Source: an uncultured Pseudomonadota bacterium
Lineage (GTDB): Bacteria; Vulcanimicrobiota; Vulcanimicrobiia; Eremiobacterales; Eremiobacteraceae
Assembly (NCBI GenBank): GCA_963736005.1
Contig: CAVTNB010000001.1
Location: forward strand, 800,001-864,000
Length of the DNA stretch: 64,000 bases
Direction of reading: 5' to 3'
The position numbers were made by a program, and so were the translations under genes. Under the pieces are notes generated by a model that worked only from the letters and a program-made list of their open reading frames with translations, had not been told where the DNA came from and did no database searches. This document shows positions 8,309-19,800 of the stretch, piece by piece; within the stretch, counting starts at the first letter, position 1, and each line of letters opens with the position of its first letter.

Positions 8309-10366
8309 TCAGGTAAGATGTAAAGCGGCGAGGATCATGTCGATCAGCTTTATGCCAAGAAACGGCACGATAATACCGCCGATACCGTAGACGAACACGT
8401 TGATGCGAAGGACCGCATTCGCGCCGATCGGCCGATATGCCACGCCTCGCAAAGCAAGCGGGATCAGCGCGACGATAATGAGTGCGTTGAAGATGACTGC
8501 TGAAAGAATGGCTCTTTGTGGATCCTGTGCTGTCCCCAAATGCATGATATTGAGCGCCTGCATTGCGGGATAGGCTGTCACAAACATTGCCGGCAGGATG
8601 GCGAAGTATTTCGCTACGTCGTTGGCAATAGAGAATGTCGTCAGCGCGCCGCGCGTCATCAGCAGCTGCTTGCCGATCTCAACGATTTCGATGAGCTTGG
8701 TCGGATCGGAATCCAGATCCACCATATTAGCCGCTTCCTTCGCCGCCTGCGTGCCGGAATTCATCGCCACTCCAACATCGGCTTGCGCCAGAGCCGGCGC
8801 GTCATTGGTTCCGTCGCCGGTCATAGCCACGAGCCGACCGGCTTCTTGCTCGCGCTTGATCAACGCCATTTTGGTCTCCGGCGTGGCCTCGGCCAAAAAG
8901 TCGTCGACGCCAGATTCACGTGCGATAGTTGAAGCGGTCAGAGGATTGTCACCGGTAATCATGATCGTGCGAATGCCCATCTTTCGCAAACGGTCAAAGC
9001 GCTCGTGTATGGCCGGTTTGAGGATGTCCTTGAGGTGAATTGCGCCCAGAATCTTGTTCCCTTCAGCCAAGAGGAGTGGCGTGCCACCAGAACGTGCAAT
9101 AACCTCAACTTCTTTGGCAAGAGCGCTTGAGTCTTGTGCTCCTCGCTCGCGTACCCATGCCCGGATCGCATCCGGGGCCCCTTTGCGAATGACTTGGCCG
9201 TTCGCAAGGTCGACGCCGCTCATGCGCGTGTACGCGCTGAACGGAACAAATGTTGCATGCTCCACATCGGCCTTGCTGGCGCCTTCAGTCTCGGTTAATG
9301 CCACGATGGAGCGGCCTTCCGGCGTCTCGTCTGGCAACGACGAAATGTAGCCGGCGCGAACGGCAACGTCACGATCAACGCCGGGTGCAACGACAATCTC
9401 CGTGGCATGGCGATTTCCGAGAGTAATCGTGCCGGTCTTATCGAGCAGCAGCGTGTCGACATCGCCCGCCGCTTCTACGGCGCGACCACTCATGGCGAGC
9501 ACGTTACGCTGGAGCACGCGGTCCATGCCCGCAATACCGATAGCCGACAGCAAACCGCCGATCGTCGTGGGGATCAGACAAACAAGCAACGCAATCAGCA
9601 CCGTCACCGATTGCACGGTGCCCGCGTAAATCGAGTAAGGCGATAGCGTCGCGACGGCAATAACGAAAATAATGGTGAGACCCGCGAGCAGAATGGAAAG
9701 CGCAATTTCGTTAGGCGTCTTTTGCCGCTTCGCGCCTTCGACGAGGGCAATCATGCGGTCTAAGAACGTCTCGCCTGGATTCGAAGTAACGGCAACAAGG
9801 ACTTCGTCAGAAAGCACGCGCGTGCCGCCTGTCACTGCACTTCGATCACCGCCGGCTTCGCGGATCACCGGGGCCGACTCGCCAGTGATGGCAGATTCAT
9901 CGACTGACGCTGCCCCATGAATCACGTCACCGTCCACAGGGATCAACTCGCCCGCAGCAATGCGAACGACGTCGCCTTTATGCAGCAGCGTCGCGCTCAC
10001 AATCTCTTCTCGCCCGTCCACAACGCGGCGCGCTTTTGTTTCGGTTTTTGTACGCCTGAGATAATCTGCTTGGGCCTTGCCTCGCCCTTCAGCGACGGCT
10101 TCTGCGAAGTTCGCGAAGAGCACCGTGAACCACAGCCAGACTGAGATGGCTAAATCAAAGCGTGCTGGCCCGTGCGTGCGTAGGTCGCGGAAAAAGAACA
10201 GGAGCGTCACGAGCGCGCCGACCTCGCACACAAACATAACCGGGTTGCGGAATTGCCAGCGCGGGTCCAACTTGCGAAATGAGTCCAGGGTTGCGACGGC
10301 GAGAATCTTGCGGTCGAACAGCGATCGCGTCTTGGGGCGGCGCTCCAGTCGTCGTTGCGAAATCAT
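8309..10366 (-). CDS. kdpB: K+-transporting P-type ATPase subunit B
   Basis: [29 protein letters not shown]. Confidence 0.97.
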   Translation of the reverse strand: MISQRRLERRPKTRSLFDRKILAVATLDSFRKLDPRWQFRNPVMFVCEVGALVTLLFFFRDLRTHGPARFDLAISVWLWFTVLFANFAEAVAEGRGKAQADYLRRTKTETKARRVVDGREEIVSATLLHKGDVVRIAAGELIPVDGDVIHGAASVDESAITGESAPVIREAGGDRSAVTGGTRVLSDEVLVAVTSNPGETFLDRMIALVEGAKRQKTPNEIALSILLAGLTIIFVIAVATLSPYSIYAGTVQSVTVLIALLVCLIPTTIGGLLSAIGIAGMDRVLQRNVLAMSGRAVEAAGDVDTLLLDKTGTITLGNRHATEIVVAPGVDRDVAVRAGYISSLPDETPEGRSIVALTETEGASKADVEHATFVPFSAYTRMSGVDLANGQVIRKGAPDAIRAWVRERGAQDSSALAKEVEVIARSGGTPLLLAEGNKILGAIHLKDILKPAIHERFDRLRKMGIRTIMITGDNPLTASTIARESGVDDFLAEATPETKMALIKREQEAGRLVAMTGDGTNDAPALAQADVGVAMNSGTQAAKEAANMVDLDSDPTKLIEIVEIGKQLLMTRGALTTFSIANDVAKYFAILPAMFVTAYPAMQALNIMHLGTAQDPQRAILSAVIFNALIIVALIPLALRGVAYRPIGANAVLRINVFVYGIGGIIVPFLGIKLIDMILAALHLT

Positions 10367-12067
10367 TAGAATAGCTTTCCTTGGGCCATGAGCAGATGTT
10401 CAACAATGGGACCGAGCGCGTCGGCTGGGAAGAACGTCAACGCTCCCACGATGAGAATCGTTCCTATCAGTAATCCAATGAAGATCGGCGAATGCGTTGT
10501 GAAGGTGCCGACAGTTGCGGGCGTGCTGACCTTGCCCGCCAGCGAGCCGGCCAGCAGCACAGCCGGAATGAGGAAGGTGAACCGTCCGCAAATCATTACG
10601 ATGCCCATCAGGATATTGAAATAGAGATTCGCCCCCGAGACCGGCAAATGCGCTTCCGTTGTTTTCCGTCGTGGACGTAAAGCCATAAAGCAGTTCGGAA
10701 AACCCGTGGGGCCCGCCGTTGTTGAGAGTTGCCGTTCCAGCTGGGACCAGCACCGAAATAGCGACCGGGATGAGCGCGAACACCGGAAGAACAAGTGCAC
10801 CGAGCATCGCGAGCTGCACTTCACGCCGTTCGATCTTCTTCCCCAAGTATTCCGGCGTCCGTCCGACCATGAGCCCGGCAATAAAGACAGTCAAGACGAC
10901 GAAGATAATCATGCCATAGAGGCCCGTGCCAACGCCGCCAAAGGCGACTTCACCGAGCTGCATGTCGGCCAAGGGAACGAGTCCGCCCAACGGCATGAAT
11001 GAATCATGCATCGCATTAACAGCCCCGCACGACGTATCGGTGGTGACCGTCGCAAAGAGTGCGGAAGCGGGAACGCCGAATCGGCACTCCTTGCCTTCCA
11101 TATTGCCGCCGGCGATGCCCAAGTGATGGATGAATGGGTTGCCGGCGGACTCCGCGGCGTATGCGACGGTGAAGCCGCTTGCAAAAAGAATCGCCATCAC
11201 CGCAAAGAGCGCCCACCCCTGCTGCTGATCTTTCGCGTAGCGTCCGTATGTGTACGTTAGCCCGGAACCAATTGAGAAAATGAGGAGTATTTCGAGCAGA
11301 TTGCTCAGCGGGGTTGGGTTCTCGTTCGGGGAGGCCGAGTTCGCATTGACAAAACCGCCGCCATTGGTGCCCAGTTCTTTAATGACCTCCTGCGACGCCA
11401 TCGGACCACCGGTAATGGTCTGTTTAAAACCCTCAATCGAGACGATGTCCTGGTAAGGATGGAAATTTTGTGGCATCCCCTGCCAAACCAGAAGTAGTCC
11501 TACAACGACGCTGATCGGGAGCAGCACATACAGGATCGACCGCGTGATATCGATCCAAAAATTGCCGAGCGTTTTGAACCCCGACCTGGCAACACCCCTT
11601 ATTACGGCGATCGCGATCGCGATTCCAACCCCGGCCGATGCAAAGTTGTGCCATGCAAGGCCAGCCATCTGCGAAAGATAGCTCATCGCACTTTCGCCAG
11701 AATAGAATTGCCAATTAGTATTGGTCATGAAGCTCGCCGCAATATTGAATGCGTTGTCGGCCGTGAAATTATCAAAGTGCTGCGGGTTGAGGGGAAGCCA
11801 CTTCTGCGTGCGCAAAAGAAGGTAAAGATATGCAAATCCGACGAGGCTGAAGGCAAGTGTCGCGAGCAGATATGCGGTAGCTGACATCTCCTTGCTGGGA
11901 TCAATCCTGCACGAGCGATAGATCAATCGCTCGACCGGGCCAAACAGAGGGCTGAGAAGCGTGCGCTCGCCCTCGAAAACACGCGCCATGTAAGCACCCA
12001 GCGGCTTGGTGATGAGCACAATGATCCCGAAGAAAACAGCGGCTTGGACCCAACCTATTATCGTCAC
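10366..12067 (-). pseudogene. kdpA: K+-transporting ATPase subunit A, frameshifted at ~10632-10636 (real mutation or sequencing error)
   Basis: SFMTNTNWQ, KELGTNGGG, GRTPEYLGKKI and NNGSAFAG in one frame; C-terminus (..[15 protein letters not shown]) in another; removing one G from the G5 run joins them. Confidence 0.9.
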
Positions 12068-12076
12068 CGGTAACTC

Positions 12077-12163
12077 CTAAAACTTCTCCGGACGCAGCAT
12101 GGCATAGCCAAGATAGGCGAGACCCAAAATGGAGAGTACCAGGCCGACCAGCTGTTCAAACAT
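12077..12163 (-). CDS. kdpF: KdpF peptide (28 aa)
   Basis: MFEQLVGLVLSILGLAYLGYAMLRPEKF; canonical ..LRPEKF end, immediately upstream of kdpA. Confidence 0.9.
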   Translation of the reverse strand: MFEQLVGLVLSILGLAYLGYAMLRPEKF

Positions 12164-12246
12164 CAGAGTCTCTCAAGCGCAACCGAATAACGGTCCAGCA
12201 CGAAAAAAAGCCCGAGTGCCAAGAGCATTAACAAGATATCAAGCAT
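12163..12246 (-). CDS. Second kdp-associated hydrophobic peptide (27 aa)
   Basis: MLDILLMLLALGLFFVLDRYSVALERL; GAGGA RBS; TGATG coupling to kdpF. Confidence 0.75.
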   Translation of the reverse strand: MLDILLMLLALGLFFVLDRYSVALERL

Positions 12247-12259
12247 ATCCTCAGTCCTC

Positions 12260-13477
12260 TCAAAATTGCAGCCCGGTTTCGACGACCGTTCGGTATTGAT
12301 CGGGTTCGTTGCCGGCTGTTCCGAAGACGGTGCCAGGCACGAAATTGCTCACGTGAATTGCCGACTCCTCAGCGCGTGCGAAGAAAATCCCACGCCGGTA
12401 CGTCGGCGTCAGGGTGTAGGTCCAAGCACTCGAACCGGGTCCGTAGCCGAGCAAGTTTGCGTTGGGGCTCAGATCTGCTTTTGTGCTACTATTGTTGCCA
12501 TATTCGACGCGAAGCGGCAACGACCAGGTGGAGCTTAACGCGTATGCTGCGTTGAACACGGCGCCGAAGGCGTGTTCATCTGACGTATAACCAAGAGCCT
12601 TGCTTGTGGGCGAATCAACAAACAACAGGTACGGTGAAAACGTCCACTTACCGGTTGTGTAGGTCAGAAGGGGATTGTAGAGCCGCTTATTCGCTATCGA
12701 TGCGGTGGCGTTGCCAGGAGCACTTGAATTTGGCACGACGAAGACGAACTCCAAGGTTGTACTCGAACTCGGCGTATTGGTGATTTGTCCTTCTAGGCCG
12801 AGCCGGTTGCCCGAGTAGAAACCATCATTAACCTCCAGAGCACCGTTGAATTTGGATCCGGCAAAGTTGGCTCGAACGCCGCGGCTTACGGCCGTTTCGA
12901 TTTCCCAAATAATGCCTCGCTGAATGTTCGGATTCTCGTAGGTGTAGGTACTCTCTTGACCCGTAAAGGTCGCGAGTTTACCGGCTTCAAGATTGAAACT
13001 CGACGTCGGAGCGTACTGCACGTCCATTGCGGGCACTACACCGTAGAGACTTGTGTTCGCATTGTTCTCCAGCGTCTTATTCAGCGCGAAACCGACGACT
13101 GGGATATTGTATGCGCCGGCGGCAAAGCCGTATCGGAATGTGCCTGAGTTCTTGTTGAGGATCAAGAATGCGTTGCTCACATCAGCGCGGCTGCTCACAT
13201 CAGCGCCAGTGGGTGTATCGAATGAACCCGATGCATTAACACCGCTTGTCACCGCCCCGTAGTAGCTTGCGACACCGTCGATCGTCAGTTGGCCCAGCGT
13301 CAAGCTCGTAGAAGACGGCGATGGGGACGGCGATGGAGCTGTGCTTGCAGCCGCCGTCGGAGAAGGCACGGGGCTCGCCACTGAGTCGGCCAGAGCCTTC
13401 GAGGCCGGACCGGAACCCGCGACGACACACGCGGCAATAGCGGCGTAAAGGAATCTTTTCGTAGGCATCGCGTCCAT
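12260..13477 (-). CDS. Outer-membrane beta-barrel/porin
   Basis: Signal peptide, Pro/Ser linker, alternating amphipathic strands, C-terminal Phe (ETGLQF). Confidence 0.75.
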   Translation of the reverse strand: MDAMPTKRFLYAAIAACVVAGSGPASKALADSVASPVPSPTAAASTAPSPSPSPSSTSLTLGQLTIDGVASYYGAVTSGVNASGSFDTPTGADVSSRADVSNAFLILNKNSGTFRYGFAAGAYNIPVVGFALNKTLENNANTSLYGVVPAMDVQYAPTSSFNLEAGKLATFTGQESTYTYENPNIQRGIIWEIETAVSRGVRANFAGSKFNGALEVNDGFYSGNRLGLEGQITNTPSSSTTLEFVFVVPNSSAPGNATASIANKRLYNPLLTYTTGKWTFSPYLLFVDSPTSKALGYTSDEHAFGAVFNAAYALSSTWSLPLRVEYGNNSSTKADLSPNANLLGYGPGSSAWTYTLTPTYRRGIFFARAEESAIHVSNFVPGTVFGTAGNEPDQYRTVVETGLQF

Positions 13478-13500
13478 AATAGTGCAGTTTCAACCTGGCG

Positions 13501-13535
13501 ACCATCCGTCCAACGGATGATCCAATCGGATGGGT
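13501..13535. promoter_or_regulatory. Candidate operator upstream of the porin-kdp operon
   Basis: Overlapping inverted CATCC/GGATG half-sites: catccgtccaacggatg-atccaatcggatg. Confidence 0.4.
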
Positions 13536-13589
13536 GAGCGACAAAACACGGAGCATGGGCACTTTTCAGGACACCCACTACAATGGTAT

Positions 13590-13616
13590 GGGGCGACCTT
13601 CCAATCGCCCCCCAAC
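13590..13616 (-). repeat. Degenerate family-A REP
   Basis: ggggcgaccttccaatcgcccc. Confidence 0.6.
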
Positions 13617-13618
13617 AT

Positions 13619-15559
13619 TCAATAATGGAAGCGCTGTTCTAGAATCAACAGAGAACCGTGGAAGTCGGGGGATGGGCCGTTGAGAATCGACGGCAAGCCG
13701 GAGAACGCAGAGTGACGTATTTGTATCAAAATGATCGCGTGCGGCGACTCGGCATACTGACCGCCGGCGAAAACAACGTCTTGCTGATAATTGACGTTTG
13801 TCAGGGGGCCGTGCGCCCACGAACCGAGCATCGCATATCGCCCGAAACCAATTGAGCTGAGCACTCGCTTATTGAAAGATTTGGAGAGAGCCAGTACTAC
13901 CTGCGGCGCGTCGTACGACACGGCGTCTTGGGGCTGACTCGGCGCAGCGTCGCGCTGCATCATATCATCGACAAAGTCCAACGTGACGGTGCCGAACTTC
14001 GGATGCCATGCAAGCCAACAAGCGTATTGCTTCTGCTTCCCAAGTGTCGCGAATTGCGCTTGTTGGGGCAAGAAAAAACCCTCGACGAAGCCTGTTTGAT
14101 GAGACAGGCCAATGCTCGCGGCATCGATCTGCTGAAATTGCGCAAACGAGGCATGCACGTCCAGCGACCCTCCGGTGCGCGTGTAATGCACGCGGTAGCC
14201 CTGGCGGTTCGCGCCGATCTGCGTGTTATCAACTAGTTGGTAGGTTGATTTGAGCCAGACGCCGGGCCACGACCAGGCGACGCTCCAAACGTTCTCAGGG
14301 GCGCCGTAAGGGAGGATCGCGGTTGCATAGCGCGGTTCGAATCTGTAGGCGTCGATTCCAACTGATGCTGTCCCCAGTGGGTGAGACAGAGCGGCGTGGT
14401 AGTAGTTCCCAGGCTTGGCCGTGCCAGGTTCTATGACGTGATCGGCATCGTACCAGGTTCTCCCGTACTCCACCGTCGCATCGAGCGAGTGAGCAACGTG
14501 GAACGAGCCGGCAACGCCAGCGATTGTCGAAATCTGCCCGCCCAGATTGCTAAACGGCAATGCTCCCTGCGGCCCAAAAAAGAGCCTCGCGCCCGACCCA
14601 AAGAGCGTGGTCGTGCTGATTTCACCGCCCGTCACGAGATGGAGGATCTCGGCAGAAAATTGGGTGCCTTCGCCTCGATCCAAAATGACCGAGCCGAGGG
14701 AAATCCGCGCCGACGTGCCCGGCAGCGACGGTAACGCCGCGTTGGTGAGTTCGGCGGACACTGAACCCTGGTGAAGCGTCAGATCGACTCCATCAAGCGG
14801 GAGACCGGGAGGCGGACTCGGCCATCCATCGAGCACCGGCGCACCCGTCCCCAAACTCTCTGCGGTTGCCAAGGACACCTCGGGCGTCTGGTTGGTCAAA
14901 GCCGGTTGCACGAACACAAATCGATCCGTTTGATTGAGATCGAACCACCCGCCGCGCAGGTTCCAACTCCCGTCGCGTGACCCGATCGATGCCGAAAAAA
15001 TAGAGAGGCCGAGCACGGTCGCGTCGTCTTGGCCTGCGTGAGACGGAAAAGCGATCGAGTAGGGCAGCGCTTGGGATCCTAGATGAGGGTTGAGAACCGG
15101 CAGCAAGTTCTCAGTCCAGTATGCGGCGTTGGTCGTACTCCCGGTCACGGAGCTGACGCCTGATTGGAGCGAGGCAAAAATCTTTTTCCCCGTATAGGAC
15201 GTGAGCAGCGTGAACTGCCCGATCCCAGCAACTCCAGGCGTCATCGGCGCGCTGGAAAACGTGTCATACGGCGTCATTGGTGATAAAACAAAACCAGCCG
15301 CAAACCCAGGACCCTCCGGTGGCTGCGTTCCTCTTCCTTCAGTCGCCTGATCGACGAGCGAAATAAATCCATCGACTGAGTTCTGCCAACCCAACGAGCT
15401 GGTGGATGCAACGGGCGCCGGCTGCACCGCACTTGCAGATGGCGTGGGTGTCGGATCGGCCAAGGCAGCCGACCAGCCAGCGCCCACGAGCAAAGCAACC
15501 GCCACAAGGACCCGTATGAAGGTCTCGGCGCGCGAAGCGAAATGCTGCAAACCAACCAC
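13619..15559 (-). CDS. Hypothetical exported/outer-membrane protein
   Basis: 646-aa ORF with signal peptide, PTPTPS linker, beta-rich sequence and aromatic C-terminus (QRFHY). Confidence 0.65.
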   Translation of the reverse strand: MVGLQHFASRAETFIRVLVAVALLVGAGWSAALADPTPTPSASAVQPAPVASTSSLGWQNSVDGFISLVDQATEGRGTQPPEGPGFAAGFVLSPMTPYDTFSSAPMTPGVAGIGQFTLLTSYTGKKIFASLQSGVSSVTGSTTNAAYWTENLLPVLNPHLGSQALPYSIAFPSHAGQDDATVLGLSIFSASIGSRDGSWNLRGGWFDLNQTDRFVFVQPALTNQTPEVSLATAESLGTGAPVLDGWPSPPPGLPLDGVDLTLHQGSVSAELTNAALPSLPGTSARISLGSVILDRGEGTQFSAEILHLVTGGEISTTTLFGSGARLFFGPQGALPFSNLGGQISTIAGVAGSFHVAHSLDATVEYGRTWYDADHVIEPGTAKPGNYYHAALSHPLGTASVGIDAYRFEPRYATAILPYGAPENVWSVAWSWPGVWLKSTYQLVDNTQIGANRQGYRVHYTRTGGSLDVHASFAQFQQIDAASIGLSHQTGFVEGFFLPQQAQFATLGKQKQYACWLAWHPKFGTVTLDFVDDMMQRDAAPSQPQDAVSYDAPQVVLALSKSFNKRVLSSIGFGRYAMLGSWAHGPLTNVNYQQDVVFAGGQYAESPHAIILIQIRHSAFSGLPSILNGPSPDFHGSLLILEQRFHY

Positions 15560-15674
15560 CTAGGCTCATTTTCAACAATCGACTGGATATCATGCTCGGG
15601 ATAGTCGAAACCCGGACTTCAAAAAATCCGAGCTCCTCCTGCTGTTCCACGGACTCCATTACCCCTTTTCAGAA

Positions 15675-15700
15675 GGGGCGATTTTCCAATCGCCCCCTAC
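15675..15700 (-). repeat. Family-A REP
   Basis: ggggcgattttccaatcgccccctac. Confidence 0.85.
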
Positions 15701-15751
15701 ATCTGTGAGCGGGGACAAGGCGCGCTTTCTGCTCTCGTTGAAATCCACAAA

Positions 15752-16864
15752 ATGGCCGTCTATGCAAAAACGAGCGTTCCCTCTGGAGCGCATACCCTGC
15801 CGCGCGAGTACTACACATCGGACCGCATCTTTGCCCTCGAGACACAGAAGATCTTCGAGCAGTGTTGGCTGCTCGTTGGCCGCGAGGAGCAAGTAGAGAA
15901 TCCGGGCGAGTTCTTCGTGGCCAATATTGGCCAAGAGAGTCTCATGATCGTGCGCGGCGCAGACCGCAGCTTGCGCGCGCTCTACAACGTGTGCCGGCAT
16001 CGCGGCACGCGAATTTGCAGCGAAGAATCAGGGAAATTCGTCGGGTCTATCATGTGTCCGTACCACGCGTGGACGTACGGACTTGATGGCAAACTCATGG
16101 CTGCACGGAACATGGATGGAGTGCCCGATTTTGACAAGTCAGAATACCCGCTGAAGCAAGCCGCGCTGGCCATCTGGGAAGGCTTCATCTTTGTCAATCT
16201 CGCGGAGCAACCGCAACCGTTTGCGGCTTCCCACGCAGCGCTCTTGGAGCGCTTCAAACGCTGGCACATCGCTGATCTGCGAATCGCCAGGACGATCGTC
16301 TACGATCTGCAGTGCAACTGGAAGCTCGTCGTTCAGAATTATTCGGAGTGCTATCATTGCCCGCTCGTCCATCCCGCACTCGACAAGCTGACGCCCTTTG
16401 ACAGCGGACGCAACGACTTGGGCGAAGGACCCTTCCTCGGCGGTTTTATGACCATGCGCAAGTCGGGGTCGCGCATGTCAATGAGCGGCACGGCACACTA
16501 TCCGCCTATTGGCGATGTGTCCGGTGAGGAATTGGATCGCGTGTACTATTACGCCATTTTCCCCGCGATGCTACTCAGTCTCGAGCCCGACTATGTCATG
16601 GTTCACCGGATTACGAGGGTGTCGACGAACCGCTCGATCGTCACCTGCCAATGGCTCTTCGATCCGGCGACGATTGCCACGCCCGGCTTTGATCCTTCCG
16701 ATGCCGTTGAGTTTTGGGATATGACGAATCGGCAGGACTGGCATGTGTGCGAACTCTCGCAGTCGGGAATTGAATCGCGCGCATACACGCCGGGGCCGTA
16801 TGCGAATCAGGAGGGGCTGCTTTACCAGTTCGACCGGCACTATCGCGGCGTTATGGAGTCGTAG
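15752..16864 (+). CDS. Rieske ring-hydroxylating oxygenase alpha subunit (choline/betaine monooxygenase-like)
   Basis: CRHRG..CPYHAW Rieske motif; NYSECYHC..VH mononuclear Fe motif. Confidence 0.9.
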   Translation: MAVYAKTSVPSGAHTLPREYYTSDRIFALETQKIFEQCWLLVGREEQVENPGEFFVANIGQESLMIVRGADRSLRALYNVCRHRGTRICSEESGKFVGSIMCPYHAWTYGLDGKLMAARNMDGVPDFDKSEYPLKQAALAIWEGFIFVNLAEQPQPFAASHAALLERFKRWHIADLRIARTIVYDLQCNWKLVVQNYSECYHCPLVHPALDKLTPFDSGRNDLGEGPFLGGFMTMRKSGSRMSMSGTAHYPPIGDVSGEELDRVYYYAIFPAMLLSLEPDYVMVHRITRVSTNRSIVTCQWLFDPATIATPGFDPSDAVEFWDMTNRQDWHVCELSQSGIESRAYTPGPYANQEGLLYQFDRHYRGVMES

Positions 16865-16865
16865 A

Positions 16866-19800
16866 TTGAAGCCAAAAGGGTGCTCTCTCCTCGTCCCCGC
16901 GTTTGCGTGCGCGGGGATGCTTTTTTTAATGGGGGCGACTTTCCAGTCACCTTCGACGATCAACTTGGGCGGTCTGCATTGGCGCAACATCGGACCTGCG
17001 ATTGCAGGGGGTCGAGTGGCTGCGGTGGCGGGAACCAACGCCAATCCATTCCTTTACTACCTCGGCGCTGCGGGTGGCGGCGTGTGGCGGACGACCAATG
17101 GCGGAGTCACGTGGGTAGATGTCTTCGGAAAACAACCGACTGCATCGATCGGTGCCCTGGCGATTGCACCTTCGAATCCAAATACCGTCTGGGTAGGCAC
17201 TGGGGAGTCGAAGCCGCGTAACGACATCTCGCTCGGTGACGGGGTGTGGTCAAGCAGCGATGGCGGAAGCACGTGGCGGCAGCGGGGGGTGAACTCACCA
17301 TCCATCGCGCGCATCCTTATCGATTGGCGCAATCCCAACGTCGTGCTCGTCGGTGCGTTGGGCGATCCATATCTCGACAGCAGCGATCGTGGCGTCTACA
17401 GAACGACCGATGGTGGCAACACGTGGCGGCAAACTCTCTTTGTCGGCCCATCGAGTGGGGCGAGCGATCTCGCCTGGGACGCGCGCGACAACAAGCTCGT
17501 CTTCGCGGGGATCTGGCAAATTCGCCGCGTGCCGTGGAACTTTAACAGCGGCGGTGCGCAAGATGGCCTGTACCGATCCCGCGATGGCGGCGCAACGTGG
17601 GAGCGTTTGACCGGTCACGGCTTGCCGCAGGGCATCATGGGGCGGATTGGCGTTGCCGTGGCCCCCAGTGATCCCAAGCGGGTCTATGCGCTGATTCAAT
17701 CCAGCCAGGGTTCGTTGTGGCGTTCGGATGACGGTGGCGATCATTGGCGTTTGATGACGCGCGATACGTACGTCAACCAGCGGCCGTTTTACATGAGCCG
17801 GCTCGAAGTCGATCCGAAAAATCCGGACCACCTCTTCTTCCTATCCGAGGATCTCGTTGAGTCGCATGATGGAGGGAAGACGTTCTTCAATAACGTCACC
17901 GCGGTGCACCAGGATCATCACGCGATGTGGATCGCCACAGATGGCAAGCGCATGATCGAAGGCAACGATGGCGGCGCTCCGATCAGCCTCGACGGGGGAA
18001 CAACGTGGGACTGGCGTTATAACGTGACCCTCGCGCAAATCTATCACGTTGGCTTCGACCTTGCGACGCCGTACAATGTGTGCGGCGGCATGCAAGACAA
18101 CGATTCGTATTGCGGACCATCCGACAGTCTGAGCCCGCTGGGCATTCTCAACCATGATTGGCTTGACGTCGGTAGCGACAGCGACGGATCCTGGACCTGG
18201 CCTGATCCGCTGGACCCGAACTTGGTTTGGAACGTTGGCGTAAGGGATCTCAACGGCCAGCTCACGATTTACGACAAGCGAACGCGCCAAAGCTACGATG
18301 TGACACCATACGTGCGCGATACCAATGGCGCGAATCTCGCGGGCCTGCCGTATCGCTTCAATTGGGAGGCGCCGGTTGCGTTTTCCAAGCTAGACCCAAG
18401 GACGGTCTACTTCGGCGGAAACGTCGTTTGGAAAACGCGCGACCGGGGCAGGCACTGGCTCCAGATCAGCACCGATCTGACGCTGAACGATCCGGCGCAC
18501 CAGTTAGTAGCGGGCGGCCCAATCAATACCGATGTGTCCGGTGCGGAGTTCTATGACACGATCTTAGATATTGCGCCCTCACCACGCAATGACAGCCTCA
18601 TTTGGGTTGGAACTGACGATGGACTCGTGCAGGTGACGCGCGACGGCGGCATCCATTGGACCAAGGTCACGCCGGTTGTGCCGCCATACGGGCGAGTCGA
18701 GGTGGTGGAGCCATCGCGCTATGCTGATGGCTCTGCTTTCGCCGTCATCGACCGGCATTTCATGGGCGATCGCGCGCCGTACATCTTCGCAACGTCTGAT
18801 TATGGTGCGCACTGGAGCTCGATCGTTTCGGATTTGCCCACCGACGAGACGATGCACGTCATCAGACAGGACCTGCGCGATCCGAACATTTTGTATGCAG
18901 GTTCGGAAAGCGGCGTGTGGGTCAGCTTGAACGGAGGGCTTCATTGGCTCCGTCTCAATAACAATATGCCCACGGTTTCCGTTCACGATTTGCGCATTCA
19001 GCCGCGCGAGAACGATCTCGTGATTGCTACGCACGGGCTTGGTTTTTGGGTGCTCGATGACGTCACGCCGCTGCAAGACCTTGCGACCAGTGGCGGGACT
19101 GGCGTCGCGTTCGATCAGCCGCGAACGGCGTATACCTTTTTCCGCTGGTGGAAGTATGAGTACGGATCGGGCGTGGGGGAATGTTGTGCGCCACAAAATA
19201 TGTTTAGCGGCGAGAACCCGCCGGCGGGCGCTCTGCTCAGTTATTACCTTCCCTCGCCTGCAGCGCATACGCCAAGCATCGAAATCAAAGATGTAAGTGG
19301 CCTGACGATTGCGCATGTCGACGGTACCAACCATGCCGGCATCAATCGCGTGGCGTGGGACTTGACTGACGATCCCCCCGTTTCGTGGCTCAGCGCGCGG
19401 CCCTGGAATCAGGGTCTGAGCCAAGGGGCACCTGTCGTGCCGGGGACCTACACCGCGACGCTTCGGGTTGATGGCGCTGCTTACTCGCACAGCGTTTTGG
19501 TCAAACCCGATCCACGAGCGCTCTGGTCACGGGCCGATTATGTTGAGCGACGCAATTTCTTGCATCAATTGGATGGTTGGCTGTCGCATATCGACACGGC
19601 GCTCAATAACCTTGACTCGATCCGTGGAGCCTTGTATCGGAGAATCGAAACGATGAAGGCAGGGCATGCGTCCGCTGCCTTGCTTGCGCGCCAGCAGCGA
19701 CTGCTGCATGAGGCGCAGGACATCTCTGCTCAAATCTCTTCGAACCCTCGTAATTCAGAAGACAATCAGTGGCGACCCGACAAACTGCGCGAGCGCTTGC

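Noticed and set aside
13478..13618. c-di-AMP (ydaO) riboswitch upstream of the kdp operon
   Set aside because: Expected conserved segments are not visible and the region is short and partly REP-derived
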